A stretch of DNA of 64,000 nucleotides from contig OX597814.1 of the NCBI GenBank assembly GCA_951406725.2, positions 159,712,001 through 159,776,000 of the forward strand, in the 5' to 3' direction. Below are positions 1-12,721 of this stretch, in pieces. Every line of letters begins with the position of its first letter. The first letter of the stretch is position 1. The notes beneath the pieces are model-generated. The model did not search any database. It was given only the letters and a program-made list of their open reading frames with translations, and was not told the DNA's origin. This DNA is from Octopus vulgaris. Its lineage: Eukaryota. The translations under genes and the position numbers were made by a program.

Positions 1-142
1 AGTTTCCGTCAACCCACTCACAAAGCGTTGATCCTTCCGAGGCTATAGTACAAGACACTTGTCCAAGGTGCCAGGCAGTAGGATTGAACCCTGAACCTTG
101 TGGTTGGGAAGCAAGCTTCTTACCACACAGCCACGCCTGTGC
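1..142 (-). mobile_element. SINE family B (abundant tRNA-derived SINE), partial copy
   Basis: Reverse complement GGCGTGGCTGTGTGGTAAGAAGCTTGCTTCCCAACCAC..GGTTCAATCC..GGCACCTTGG.CAAGTGTCTT; many copies in the window. Confidence 0.75.
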
Positions 143-482
143 CTATATGTGTGTGTGTGTATGTGTATGTCTGTCTGTTAGCATGTATGCATGTATGTAT
201 CTGTGTTTTTATATATACACGTCTGTGTGTGTGTGTGTGTGTGTGTGTGCGCATATATACAAACAAGTATATAAATATGCAGTGTGGAGGCCCTTTAAAG
301 CGACCACTATGGGACGTATTATTGCAGATTATGATTATTTAATAACATTACCTGTTGGTATGATAAGCAGTTTCAGGAGTTACAATTGCTACAAGATATT
401 TGGATTTTTCATCTCTCGAAGGGAGGATAATTTCAATAAATCAAATATTTATTAGTGAAGAGAGAGAGAGAAAGAAAAAGGA

Positions 483-565
<83 letters not shown>

Positions 566-584
566 AACAAGTAAGAAAGCAAAA

Positions 585-615
<31 letters not shown>

Positions 616-2107
616 GAGGAAAGAAGGAGAATGATGGAGAAAATGTAGAAGAATGGTATTTTTAATATTACTTTTAGTTTGAAGCAAAAAAGAAAATCTT
701 CAATCTTCTTAATATTTGCTTTATTATTATTGCTTTTTTAGCTCACATAAGCTATCAGCAGTGAAAGTCAGATGTTTGACATAACCAGCAGTCGTTCTTC
801 TAGCTGCTCATGAAATCTTCTTTCGAATTATAAACGTTTGTGTGGGCGATTGTAAAGCAGAAACGTTGAAGCCTCGGTCTGTGTTGCAGTTACGTCATTT
901 TGCAGTGAAGGCCGAAATTTGAGGAAACTGGTGAAAGTCAGCGTTAGAATGTTAGTAGAATGCCATTCAATTCAATAGCAGTGAAGAGCGGAAAGTCTAA
1001 ATTTTTCAAGAACTTGCCCTTTCAGCAGAGGGTACAGAACCATGAACATTAAAGTTTTTCAGTCTTCATGAAAATCAAATTTATCGACGTTCTTGTGTCT
1101 TTTATGCCATTTTACGTTGTGAGTTCAAATCGTGCCAGTGGCTGACTTTTCCTTTCATACTTCTGATCTGATAAAATAAGTACTAATCAATTATTGGGAT
1201 TGATTAAATCAATAGCACAGCACTCCAGATATATAACTTGTACTGATGTCGTTTCTGTAATGATGATGATGGTGGTAGCTTACCTCTAAATCTCGCCTTC
1301 ATTCAGCAAGCTAGGTTACTGGGTTCGAATATAGAAACAGTCCTCTTGGCTGCAATTTCCTATTGCTTGTAATACCTGTTACTTAAGGTTGGGGCATCAA
1401 AAATGTCTTTTCTTCTAGTACCCCAAACCCTTACTATGTCACAGTCCAGTTGACCTATGATCATAGACGTTCCAACCTGAACTATCAAGTTTTTTTTTCT
1501 GCTTATAGCAGTGACTCTCAAACATTTTTTTTAAATCTAGAGATCCCTTTGATTATTATTTTATTCTAGTGGACCCCCATAGCCATTCGACATTCAAAAA
1601 CTAGCTTTATAGAAACTTCTTTTAAAATTCCTATTTTGTTATTCACATATTAACTTATGTATGTTGAGCTATATAAAAACATTAGAGAAAGAAACCTAGC
1701 TGTTTCCTGCAATAAGTCGGAAGCAAAATCTTTTCCTAAACCCTTAATATACTACTGTGGATCCAAATCTTAAAATGAATCTCCTATGGTCATATGGACT
1801 CATAGTTGAGAAACACTTAATTATTAGAAATAAAATATCCAATCTCTCTCGTTCCCCTTTTTTAAGATGGTGGGGGTGTGATCTGAAGAAAATTTGACTT
1901 GTATTTCTTGTAGATTTAAGGACCACATTATGACTCACTCGTTTACACATGTTCCAGTATGCGAAACTATTGCCGCCTGTGTAAACTCTTTATTAATTTC
2001 TGTATAAGGAATAAACCTTGAAAGAATCAGGAAATTTATGAAGAAAATGCATCTGTTCAGATTTTTAAAAATATCTACAAGAGTGTTATTCTAGAATTAA
2101 AAATGTT

Positions 2108-2146
<39 letters not shown>

Positions 2147-2632
2147 AAAGCAGCAGTAGCAGCAGTTGCAGTAGTAGTTGCCGTTGTTGTTATTGCTATT
2201 TCTTTTGTCATTTCCATCCTTGTTGGTGATGTGGTATTATTTAGATCCAGGGTAATTCTAACCGAACTAACAGATGATCAGACATTTGAGTCGTGACCAT
2301 CCTGTCTTTTCTCAGCAAGGCGTAGGTGTTACCTAGAACTAAATTTAATGCGTGTCTTTCAAATTTCTTTTTTTTTTGTATTTGTTTTTCGAGTGGTAGA
2401 GAGACAGTGGTGATTTGTGAGAGATATGGCGCTACTATTTCGAGCAGATTGAGTGACCTCCTAGAGGATTATACAGTGGCTTGTCCAGGTTCTTCGTAAA
2501 CTTGCTTGCTTAAATGTAGTTTATTCCTACAGCATCACAATATTTACATGTATACATACATACTAACACACACACATACACACACAAACATACATTCTAA
2601 CACACTCATAACATATATATACATATAAATAA

Positions 2633-2862
2633 GGCGACGAGCTGGCAGAAACGTTAGCGCGCCGGGCGAAATGCTTAGCGATATTTCGTCTGCCGTTACG
2701 TTTTGAGTTCAAATTCCACCGAGGTCGACATTGCCTTTCATTCTTTCGGGGTCGATAAATAAAGAACCAGTTACGCACTGGGGTCGATGTAATCGACTTA
2801 ATCCGTTTGTCTGTCCTTGTTTGTCCCCTCTATGTTTAGCCCCTTGTGGGCAATAACGAAAT
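2633..2862 (+). mobile_element. SINE family A, near full length
   Basis: GGCGACGAGCTGGCAGAAACGTTAGC head, GAGTTCAAATTCC B-box and core GCCTTTCATYCTTTCGGGGTCGATAAA..AGTACCAG (resembles the MetaSINE-type central domain, from memory). Related copies lie at ~3730, 15630, 16126, 35504, 40530, 42114, 44315, 53500, 53695, 54591 and 57640. Confidence 0.8.
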
Positions 2863-4195
2863 ATATATATAAATATACATACATACAGTACATATATATA
2901 TATATGTATATGTGCACACACGCATATTCACACGCACACACACACACTCACACACACACGTCAAACTAGTGTCCTATAGACGAGTGATTGAAGCAATTCT
3001 AAGAATCCACATGTCAACCACATAATGTAACTTATCATTTTATACTTTATATCAGGCTCATATCAGGCTTAAGTAAACTTTGTGAATAAAGATTCTTCGT
3101 CAGTATTGAAATCACCGGTTAGCAGCTGGCTGGCTGGCATAAACTCAACTGTTTCTATATTTGAAAACTTTTACCATGTATACATTTGATATTCTCGTTA
3201 ACATTATTGCGATGCTGTTTCCTAGTAGAAGCTATTGTTATAACCACTGACTTAAGATGCCAGCAGTCATACATAACATTGCTTTTTTCTACATGCTGAC
3301 AAAACAAAGCAACTGATAAGGTATTTTTTTTACCTAAACTAATCAGCCACAACTAATGATTGTTCAATTAACTTAATGACATCGTCGACCATAGATTTCC
3401 AGGTAAGTAACATGGTTAATTTTACTAGTGTAAACAGAGCGATGCATGATGTTGATAGTAACATTTTCTTTTTCTAGGAAAAGATGCTGCTACAAGTGGT
3501 CTGAGGCAGTCGATTATGGTTAGCGATGCTAGAGAAAATGTTAGTGTATGTTCTCCTTGTTGTCTAGTCATTGAAGAATGGTAAATTAAACAACAGTAAT
3601 ATTCTATTGATGATCAAATCCATTTTATCTGTTCTCTTTATTCGATAGAAATTATCTATCTCAAATATGCTGTCATCGTTTAACTCTGATTTAAACATGC
3701 CATTTAGTTTTAATAAATTATCTCGTTTAGCAGCATTTCGTCAGTCTTTACGTTCTCAGTTCAAATTCCACTGAGGCCGACTTTGCCTTTCATCCTTTCG
3801 GGGTCGATAAAATAAGTTCCAGTTCAGCACTGGAATCGATGTGATCGACTTACTCTCTTCTCGAACTTGTTGGCCCTGTGCCAAAATTTGACACCGATAT
3901 ATAATCTCGCTTTCTATATCAATACTGACTACGCCATATTTTTCTCATGAATTTCTTAATTGACTTTATATATTCATAAAAGTTGACTAAAAGCAAATTT
4001 TAAAAAAAGCAGAAATGCAGTTGTTTATCACAACCAAATTAATAACCAAGAAGACGGAAATGAAGTGAAATAAGCCAATTCTTTAATCAATTTTTCTGTT
4101 TATAAAAGAATATAAATTCAAGTTTTAACATATCAATTTGAAATTCCTAGCAAATACAATACATACTGTTGCACTCCCAAACCTGGCTTTTCGCA

Positions 4196-4425
4196 TTTAT
4201 TTCAGAGAATAAATATTGTAAATAAATTAATTTAAAATATTATATTTTTCCACTTACAATATCTTCTCATGCGGTTTTCGGGCATTGTAATATTTATAGA
4301 ATTTCGATTAATACACAGTTGGAACATCTAGTGTTGGAAAGTTCGAGTCCATTAGGCCCCAATTGTTGTTTTATTTCTTTACATAGATTTTACATAGAAC
4401 ATAATTAATAAAAGTTAATTTTATT
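4196..4425 (-). terminator. Candidate polyadenylation signals of the reflectin 3' UTR
   Basis: AATAAA on the minus strand at about 4425-4420, 4375-4370 and 4201-4196 in unique AT-rich sequence downstream of the stop. Confidence 0.45.
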
Positions 4426-4577
4426 AATTTGAACACAGGAAATTTCAGTTGATATGGGATTGAATTTACTAACAATAAAACAATTTCATTTTCAAAAACA
4501 TAATATTATTACGCTTCTTTCGATTCTCATTAAATTTCAACAGTATAGCCAGTTAACTTTTCTTAAAATCTTGATGC

Positions 4578-5675
4578 TTAGAAGTAGTATTCGTTCCAAT
4601 GGTCAAAGTGGGTCATATGACGACCATTCATATCCATCCACTGACCTCCAAAATCCATCTGATAATTGGACATATCAAACCATCTATGGCCTCCATAGAA
4701 GTAAGGACTGTAGTTGAAGAAGTGGTACCTGCTGTGGTAATTATAGGGAGACATTGAATGGAATTCATAATCCATATCATACCATCTCTCTGGGTTGTTG
4801 TAGTATCTTTGGCCCCAGCTGTAACTATGATAAGGGTAGTAGTGGTGATGTCTGCCGTGATAGCTGTAGAAGGGTGTGCAATGACGGCTATACATATCCA
4901 TCCAGCGGCCATCAAAATCCATTTGATAGTTTGTCATATCAAAGTATCTCTCTGGGTAGTTGTAATACCTTTGGCCCCAGCTGTAGTTATAATAAGGGTA
5001 GTTATGGTAGTACCTGCCATAGTTGGTGTAGAAAGGAGTTGAAAAACGGCCATACATATCCATCCAGCGGCCATACATGTCCATCTGATAGCCGGACATA
5101 TCCATGAATCTCTCGGGATAGTGCATATAGTAGAAATTCATATATGGATAATACATATAACGCCTGTAATAGTTGTAATAAGGGTTGCAGTGACGTCCAT
5201 ATCTGTCCATGTATCGGCCATACACGTCCATTTGATAGTGGGACATGTCCATGAATCTCTCAGGATAGAACCAGTTACGACCATAGCGGTAGCCAGGGTA
5301 GTAGCCATGTTTTGAAGAGTTGAACATATACCAGTAGGGGCTGGAGTGGTGTCCGTGCATGTCCATCCATCTTCCATACATATCCATCTGATAACTGGAC
5401 ATATCCATAAACCTCTCAGGGAAGTCCATGAAATAACCGTATCTATGGAACCTATCGTTATCATAGAAACCGTAATAGTTGTACATAGATTTACCATAGT
5501 ATCTATCATTATCAGAATATCTACCATAGAATTCATAGAATCTGGGATCTACCATTCTTCCATAAGAATCCATGTATCTGCCTTGAAAATCCATGGACAT
5601 CACGCTCATTGGTTCCATGATTCCTCTGTATTTTCTGGCGAAATGATGACGGAATTTGTTCATGAGACGGTTCAT
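4578..5675 (-). CDS. Reflectin (cephalopod structural-colour protein), 365 aa, coding region in one exon
   Basis: Met/Tyr/Arg/Asp-rich ORF starting MNRLMNKFRHHF. It has the reflectin N-terminal motif MEPMSVMSMDFQGRYMDSYGRMVDP and five reflectin repeats (PERFMDMSSYQMDMYGRWMD, PERFMDMSHYQMDVYGRYMD, PERFMDMSGYQMDMYGRWMD, PERYFDMTNYQMDFDGRWMD, RWFDMSNYQMDFGGQWMD) plus one truncated repeat (PERWYDMD). ATG at 5675 in ACAATGA context; TAA at 4580-4578. Confidence 0.97.
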   Translation of the reverse strand: MNRLMNKFRHHFARKYRGIMEPMSVMSMDFQGRYMDSYGRMVDPRFYEFYGRYSDNDRYYGKSMYNYYGFYDNDRFHRYGYFMDFPERFMDMSSYQMDMYGRWMDMHGHHSSPYWYMFNSSKHGYYPGYRYGRNWFYPERFMDMSHYQMDVYGRYMDRYGRHCNPYYNYYRRYMYYPYMNFYYMHYPERFMDMSGYQMDMYGRWMDMYGRFSTPFYTNYGRYYHNYPYYNYSWGQRYYNYPERYFDMTNYQMDFDGRWMDMYSRHCTPFYSYHGRHHHYYPYHSYSWGQRYYNNPERWYDMDYEFHSMSPYNYHSRYHFFNYSPYFYGGHRWFDMSNYQMDFGGQWMDMNGRHMTHFDHWNEYYF

Positions 5676-5694
5676 TGTTGAAATACAGGTTTGA

Positions 5695-5760
5695 CTGAAA
5701 TAAAAATAAAACATTGCATAATAATGATTAAAAATGAAGGAAAAGAAAAAGAAAGAAAAC
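5695..5760 (-). promoter_or_regulatory. Splice acceptor and polypyrimidine tract of the reflectin 5'-UTR intron (exon starts at 5694)
   Basis: Minus strand reads T-rich tract ...TTTTATTTTTATTTCAG|TCAAACCTGTATTTCAACAATG, with the ATG 19 nt into the exon. Confidence 0.8.
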
Positions 5761-6478
5761 AAATTTATAAACAAGAGTAAAACAAGGGTTATTCATGTAT
5801 TCTGAGAAGTAAGAGCTACACCCAAGAATTAAATTCGTATCGTAGATTTCCTTCCTTACTATTTGTGGTGATCATCACATAATGGTGGTGGGAGCAACCT
5901 AAGTTTTCCTGCGATTGTCGTCGTTGTTCAGTTCCGGGATAGCCAAGTTGAAGTAGGCCTATGGTCAAAAACATTCCTGATGTTAAATCTTCATCTTTTT
6001 AGGGGTATCTAGAATTATAAGGAATCCTTTCTTTCTGATACGGTAAGGTATAACATACGGTCAACGTTATTGCAATTTATTGCTAGACGAGAACTACATG
6101 TGACTATCGTTAGTTAGCAATATCAGTATCATAGAAAAATGTGAAATTGTGAATTTCGCATCTTTTCCAAATGTGTAAGCTACGTAAGAAAAATGAAACA
6201 ACACTGTATTATGCAGATTTGGCTCACCATAAATTAAATACTGCACTAAATTCCAAACATACAATTAATTACATCTTTCAAATTATTATTTCATCAAAAT
6301 ATCAGGCTAGTTGCATAAGAAGTAATAAAAACCAAACTAATTAAATATCTAAATGAGAATATAAAGTAAATAAAATTGCTATGAAATTAGCAAGAGAATT
6401 ACGTTTAACAAACATTTACAATCGCTATATATTATTTTAGTTTTACATGAATTAGTCAGAAGAGAAATAGCAGTAGCT

Positions 6479-6660
6479 ATGGCTTCTTAAGGGTCTCCAA
6501 GATTGTAGGAGGCAGGGTGAAAGTTATGAATGACTGCATCAGAGCAGACTCCTCTAGCGGCACCCAAGAGTTAAGCAATGGAGTTAAAGCTAGTGGTGGA
6601 TAAAGTCTATGACCCATGACACAGTAATAACGACGTTAGCGTAGCTAGGGAGATGACGAA
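6479..6660. repeat. ~180-bp dispersed repeat; second copy at 7229-7370 + 9065-9097 split by the CR1
   Basis: ATGGCTTCTTAAGGGTCTCCAA...GACCCATG then AGTAAT..CGTTAG.GTAGCTAGGGAGA occurs intact here and in two pieces flanking the LINE. Confidence 0.8.
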
Positions 6661-7024
6661 AACGGTTTGCCCCGAGTAACGCTTTTATGTGTACAGCAGT
6701 TTTGGGTCTGCTGTATAAGCCTTTATAGGCTGTATTAACCCGTGAGTGGGCGAAAAACCAAGGGCTATCCCTGGTGGCACATTCTAGCTACGATACTGGG
6801 TGGCCATCGATTATGTCCCTTATTGAATTATGAGGCTTTGTGCCTATATTAGAAATCACTATATTGAGAGTGGAAAAATGACAAAAAGTAATAAAATGTT
6901 GGACTAAATAACAGAAACGGCAAACCGTTGGTCTAAATAACTGGCGCCTTTTGTTGAATGTCTTTACTTTCTAAGTTCAAATCTCTCCTATATCAATTGT
7001 TAATTCTGTTCTTCTGTGATTGAG

Positions 7025-9210
7025 GGAAGATGCATGGCTAAGCGGTAAGGGTATTCGGCTTACGATCCTAAGATAGTGAATTCGATTACCAGTGGCGCTT
7101 TGTGGATTTGAGCAAGACAATTTATTTCCCGTTGATCTAGTCCACTTAGCTGGTTTTTACCAGTAGTACCTGTAATTCAAAAGGCCACGCTGAATCTGAA
7201 TGGGTCACACTAAATCTCTCCGGAAACCATGGCTTCTTAAGGGTCTCCAATATTGTAGGAGGCAGGTGAAAGTTTTGAATGACTGTATCAGAGCAGACTC
7301 CTCTAGCGGCACCCAAGAGTCAAGAAATGGTATTAAAGCTAGTGGTGGATAAAGTTTACGACCCATGGCAAAGAGTCAGTTATTTGCCGAGGCTTTTTCA
7401 ACTATTTTCAAACAAGATGATGGTCGTGAACCCCCTCCATTTGTTAGATCGGTACCTCCAATGCTTCGATTGGTCATCACGCGGGACGAAGTCAAACGTG
7501 TTATTCAAGGCCTCGATGTCAACAAGGGTCACGGCCCTGACGGCATACACCCACGGGTTATCAAAGCGTTGGCTCCGGTCATCTGCGAGCCCTTAACACG
7601 ACTTTTCAATATGTCATTGGCGACGGGTGTTATACCTGCAGACTGGAGAACAGCGATAATCTGCCCAATTTTCAAGAAAGGGAGCCGCGAAGACCCACTT
7701 AACTACCGACCGGTTTCCCTTACATCAATAATCAGCAAGATGTTCGAAACCATCCTTAAGAAAAGTATGATGCTCCACCTCCTAAACACAGCCTCTATCT
7801 CTGATTCCCAGCACGGCTTCGTGCCGAAGAGATCATGCTTGACCAACTTACTAGTAATGGAAGAATTGGTGACGCGCATCCTCGATGATAGTGATGCTGT
7901 TGACATCGTTTTATTGGACTTTGCCAAAGCTTTTGACTCGGTAAACCACCGCCTATTACTTGTCAAGCTTCAAGCATATAGTTTCCATCCGGATATTGTA
8001 CGATGGGTTGGTGCCTTCCTCTCAGATCGCTCCTTCCAAGTCCAAGTTAATGGTTCGCGGTCCGACGTCTCCAGTGCGAGCAGTGGCGTGCCTCAAGGTT
8101 CAGTGCTTGGGCCCTTGTTGTTCTTAGTCTTCATAAATGACTTGCCCGACGACCTCACGCAACACACCCTTCTATTTGCCGACGATATCAAACTGGTCGC
8201 TCCTCGCGGTAATATAGAGGATCTTCGTCGATGCCTCCACCAAATTTGGAAGTGGTCTAACGATTGGGACCTGTGTCTGAACGTGTCAAAGTGCTGTCAT
8301 CTGCCTGTCGGCTCTACTCCTGCAACTCAACTTGATTTCGAGCCGGGTCGTCTGCTGCTGGAGAGGACCGATCAGGTAAAGGACCTGGATATCTTGGTGG
8401 ATTCCTCCTTTTCGCCTTCAGCCCAGTGCGTCCATGCTGCCAACAAAGCACGCGGAATTCTGTTCTTGATTCGACGGTCATTCGGAATGCTCACAGCAGC
8501 CATATTCCTACTACTCTATGTCACACTGGTGAGACCCATATTGGAGTATGGGATTCAAGCCTCTTCTCCTTATCTCCTCAAAGACATACAACATCTCGAA
8601 AGAATCCAGAAGCTGGCTACCCGCATGGTTCTTGGTCTCAAAAATTTGTCCTACGAAGAAAGGCTGAGGACGCTCGACCTTTATTCTCTTGAAAAACGCC
8701 GCCGCCGTGGTGATCTCATTCTCGCCCACAACATCATAAGCGGAAAGTGTAACCTCTCGAAAGAGCTGTTCTTCACTCCTGATCCAGAGCGTCGGCTGCG
8801 GGGTCATTCCGAAAAGCTCTACCTGCGACGATTTCATCTCAATCGAAGGAGAGGAGCTTTCTCCGTCCGGGTTGCGGATCCGTGGAACAAGCTGCCAGAC
8901 GAGATGGTGAAGATGCCGACGACCGCTTTGTTCAAAGCCTCCCTGGACCTCAAGTGGCCTGAACTCTTTACATGAACACCACCCTGTACTTAACTCCATG
9001 TCCCCCTACATGGCCTTGCTATTTGCTTTTGAGCCAAATTAACTAACTAACTAACTAACTAACTAGTAATGACCACGTTAGTGTAGCTAGGGAGACGAGG
9101 GTACGTGTATTTGTGGAGTGCTCAGCCTCTTGCACGTCAATTTCACGACCAGGCTATTCTGTTGATCGAATCGACTGGAACCCACGTCGTCGAAACCGAC
9201 GGAGTGACAC
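7025..9210 (+). mobile_element. tRNA-derived SINE interrupted by the 180-bp repeat and the CR1
   Basis: Head with A/B-box-like TGGCTAAGCGGTAAGGG...GAATTCGATTACC at 7035-7090, related to the SINE at 26152. The body appears to resume at ~9098 after the insertions. Confidence 0.55.
7365..9064 (+). mobile_element. 5'-truncated CR1-clade LINE with open ORF2 remnant (RT domain) and (AACT)n tail
   Basis: 536-aa ORF with GPDGIHPRVIK, NYRPVSLTS, QHGF, LDFAKAFDSVNH, SGVPQGSVLGPLLF, LFADD and the CR1-type C-terminus LEKRRRRGDLI...RLRGHSEKL...FSVRVADPWNKLP. A short 3' UTR is followed by (AACT)n at 9041-9064. Confidence 0.93.
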
Positions 9211-10195
9211 AGTTTTCTGTCAGTGATAGCATAAAAAACCACAGAAAATTAAAAGGGGAATTGACCTCAGACGAGCGAAGGTAAATACTGTCTATGTCAC
9301 TCCAGCACCTTCGATATTTCGAGAGTATAATGAACGGTATAAAGGTGATGAATGACAGAATTTGCTTGAATATCGAATACAATGTATAGCAGTATTAAGT
9401 TTCTATACGTTCTGATTTCAAAACGCTGCAAAATCAGATTTGCATGTCTTCCGTCTGTGGTCTATAAAATTATTATTCGAAATATAAAAGTCTAGTCTAT
9501 ATAATTAAATGTTCTACACGTGAAAATTTATAGACTTGTACCAAGCTAGAAATCAATATATTTATGAGATTTTTAAGGAATCGTAGAAATACTAACGTAA
9601 ATGATTATTAAAAACGAGAAATTAATGCAGCAGCAAAATGGATATATTAAAAATAAAAATACTCATCTTTGAATATAAATAGAGAAATTAGTTTTCTTTC
9701 AGATTTTATCCTTGCTACAGTGAGATACATTCTTATATTTACATAGACTTTGTCAAACTACTAACAGAGTTAAACAAAACTAGATATAGTAAAACAGCAT
9801 TTAGGCATCAATACATATATATATGGAAGCGAGCGTGTATTTTTACATACATACATACATACATATATATACACACACATACATACATTCATACATACAT
9901 ACATATATATATATGTATATACATATTTATAAAACATATGGCTAGAACATAGAACTTATATTTGAGATTTTTAACAGGTACTTGAATATAATTCATTTTA
10001 AAACTCATTAAAGACCCAGACTAATTAGATAAGACAGCAGCAATGTGTCGAATAAAGTAAGGAAGAAAATAGATTCAATAACAGTTTTAATATTATGCTT
10101 TCGCTGTAGGTCATCTCTTCAAGTATGTTCAATATATATGGCGTAAAAATATGATTCATCCAAATTCATACACTGATACAGGCATATTAAATAGC

Positions 10196-10266
<71 letters not shown>

Positions 10267-10379
10267 TAGATAGATAGATAGATAGCTAGCTAGCTAGCTA
10301 GCTAGATAGATAGATAAATAGATAGATAAGATATATATGTGTGTGTATATATATATAATATAATATAATATATTATTTG

Positions 10380-10695
10380 CTTCAGCTATTAGACTGCGGC
10401 CACGCTGGGGCACGCCTTGAAGAATGAATTTACCCCAATACTTTTTTCAAGTCTGGTGTTTATTCTCTCTTTCTCTTTTGCCGAACCGCTAAGTTAAGGC
10501 AACGTAAACATACCAACACCGGTTACCAAGTGGTGTTGGGGAATGAACCAATATATAAAGACACCAGATCCACTCACAAAGTTTTGGTCGGCCCGAAGCC
10601 AAAGTAGAAGACACTTGCTCAAGGTGCTACGCAGTGGGGCTGAATCCGGAACCATGAGGTTGAAAAGCAAGCTTCTTACCACACAGCTGCGCCCT
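10380..10695 (-). mobile_element. SINE family B copy (inside the predicted reflectin intron)
   Basis: Matches family B head and tail (GACTGCGGCCACGCTGG...GCCGAACCGCTAAGTT...AGAAGACACTTGC.CAAGGTGC). Confidence 0.7.
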
Positions 10696-11159
10696 CGCCA
10701 TGTATGTGTGTGTGTATGTTCGTTCTACACAAACAATATGCAGCTTGGCGGGAAAACTGGTACGTGTACCCTAATACCTTGTGTTCGGTATTTATTGCAT
10801 GAAAGTTACACAACACACCATCATGTCGCTCTCTTTGTCATATTGGCTATGAGCAGGAGATTAGTCTTTTGTAAAACTGTTACGAAAGGTACTATCATTC
10901 ACATAATGCATAGTATAGAAATGGAAAGCGTACCAAATTGCATTTTACGTATTACAGTTTATTACAGTTTAAACTATAATAAACCCCAACAGCACCGTAA
11001 TGATGCCCTGCAGCACCTTCCTTGCTTGCAAATTTTGCAGCCGAACTTGCTCGTCAAGCATTGGTAGTATCTGCCATAAGAGAAGCTGCTGGAAGAAAAC
11101 TATGAATCCCTAATGAAGACATTCTCCGCTACTAAAGCTGTCTGTCAAGTCGTAAAGAG

Positions 11160-11284
<125 letters not shown>

Positions 11285-11637
11285 GTGTGTGTGTGTGTGT
11301 GTGTGTGTATAATCTACCACTAACATAAAATCCTTTTACATGCCACATGCACCATATTTAAACATTATTTCTGAAAAAAAAAATAGATAGATAAATAAAT
11401 AAAGACATTTTGAATAAGCGCTAAAAATGCAAAATATATGCAATAACCTTCCGTTTCGATCTCTTTTAAAGTTAAATGCTTAATCATTGTGTTTTTGCTA
11501 CAGTTATACGAGCTCAATGTAAATCTGAAATATCAGAAAAACGAAACATGAAAACATGCTTTAAGGCATCGTTTCAAACTTCAGTGATATTAGCAACGCT
11601 GAAAGAGAAATTATATAAGCTATATAAAAAGTTTCAC

Positions 11638-11732
11638 CTTTCACCGAAACTGGTCAGATGAGAGATCAGCTGCTATGGCAGGTTGCTGGCTCAATAATCA
11701 CACTGAGGTAAATTCAGAACCACTTATATATA
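11638..11732 (-). promoter_or_regulatory. Candidate reflectin core promoter and non-coding exon 1 (TATA 11732-11724, Inr A at 11704, donor after 11638)
   Basis: Minus strand: TATATATAAG, then TCAGT Inr-like motif with its A 28 nt after the first T, a 67-nt unique exon and an AAG|GTGAAA donor. Orientation matches the orphan acceptor at 5695. The link to reflectin is inferred. Confidence 0.5.
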
Positions 11733-11992
11733 CCTTCCAGAGACTATATTTTTTTTGTACTTTACCAATTCAACGGAAATAAATTAAAGTTCTTGATTAA
11801 ACGACTCTAAAGACTAATTTACGAACATCTTTTTTTTTAATTAACTTAGATTGTCCAATTGGAATGTTGAATTAAAATTCCAGTGATATTTCCACTGTTC
11901 ATTCAAATTATGTGTAACGTTTGTTTTTTGTATGTATGTATGTATGTATGTATGTATGTATGTATGTATGTATGTATGTATGTATGTATGTA

Positions 11993-12027
<35 letters not shown>

Positions 12028-12109
12028 ATGTATGTATGTATGCATGTATGTATGTTGTAATTGATTTTTTGTAGGTTAGTGTATACGGAGACTGGAGATA
12101 GTGTTATTG

Positions 12110-12650
12110 GTTATCCCGGGTCTAACTTGATCGAGCGGACCTGTATTAAACGGGGTTTCATATATAATCAATCCATCTTCTAAGGGATGTCTATGACTTA
12201 CACTACCTGTCTTCTGTCCATCATATAAGACGATAGGATGTCATTTGAGGGTGATTTTGCTACTATTTCCTACAGTCCAACGACCACATACAGGGTCCCT
12301 CATTGGCTCCTAATGGCTATATTTGTATGAGGATAATATTGGTAATTAGTGCTTTTTGACCTGATCGAATAAAATCTAAGATCAAAGATATTCCACACAG
12401 TTTATTTATTTTTTTAATATTTCCTTCTCTTTTTAAAGTTGGGAGGGCATGAGTTGAAGTTGCTATCTCTAGCACGTCGAATGACCACGTTCCTATACTG
12501 GCCTTATATTATTATTGTTGTTTAGTTCTAGTCAAGCCTGATCTAGCAAACCTCTCTTTATAGGCAAATCCATGCGTGATCATCCATCCACTCCTTCAAG
12601 GATATTAAGTCTACATTATCTAATGTGTCTTTACATTTTTTAAAACAAAG
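12110..12650 (+). repeat. Three adjacent decayed copies of an old ~200-bp dispersed repeat (family D)
   Basis: Recurrent motif CCAGG...CTGATCGAGCAGACC..TGATCAAAG..ATTCCA...TGATTTGAGGG.GATTT.GCT.CTATTTC; similar copies at ~2240, 5930, 54025, 58590, 62125, 62495 and inverted at ~56150-56500. Confidence 0.55.
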
Positions 12651-12721
12651 AACACAATCGCGATGCAGTATGATTAAACGAACTACAAAGTAAGTATTGT
12701 GTAAATGCTTCTCCAAAAATA

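Noticed and set aside
4578-5675. Direct evidence for the proposed bacterial-transposon origin of reflectin
   Set aside because: A FMDMSGYQ core peptide is present, but no bacterial IS-like sequence or TIRs can be seen around the gene.
4454-5681. Several overlapping antisense and alternative-frame ORFs
   Set aside because: Shadows of the compositionally biased reflectin CDS.
5676-5774. N-terminal extension of the reflectin ORF in the ORF track (MFINLFSFFFF...)
   Set aside because: It is translated polypyrimidine tract and 5' UTR from a non-ATG start; the reflectin-like start is MNRLMN at 5675.
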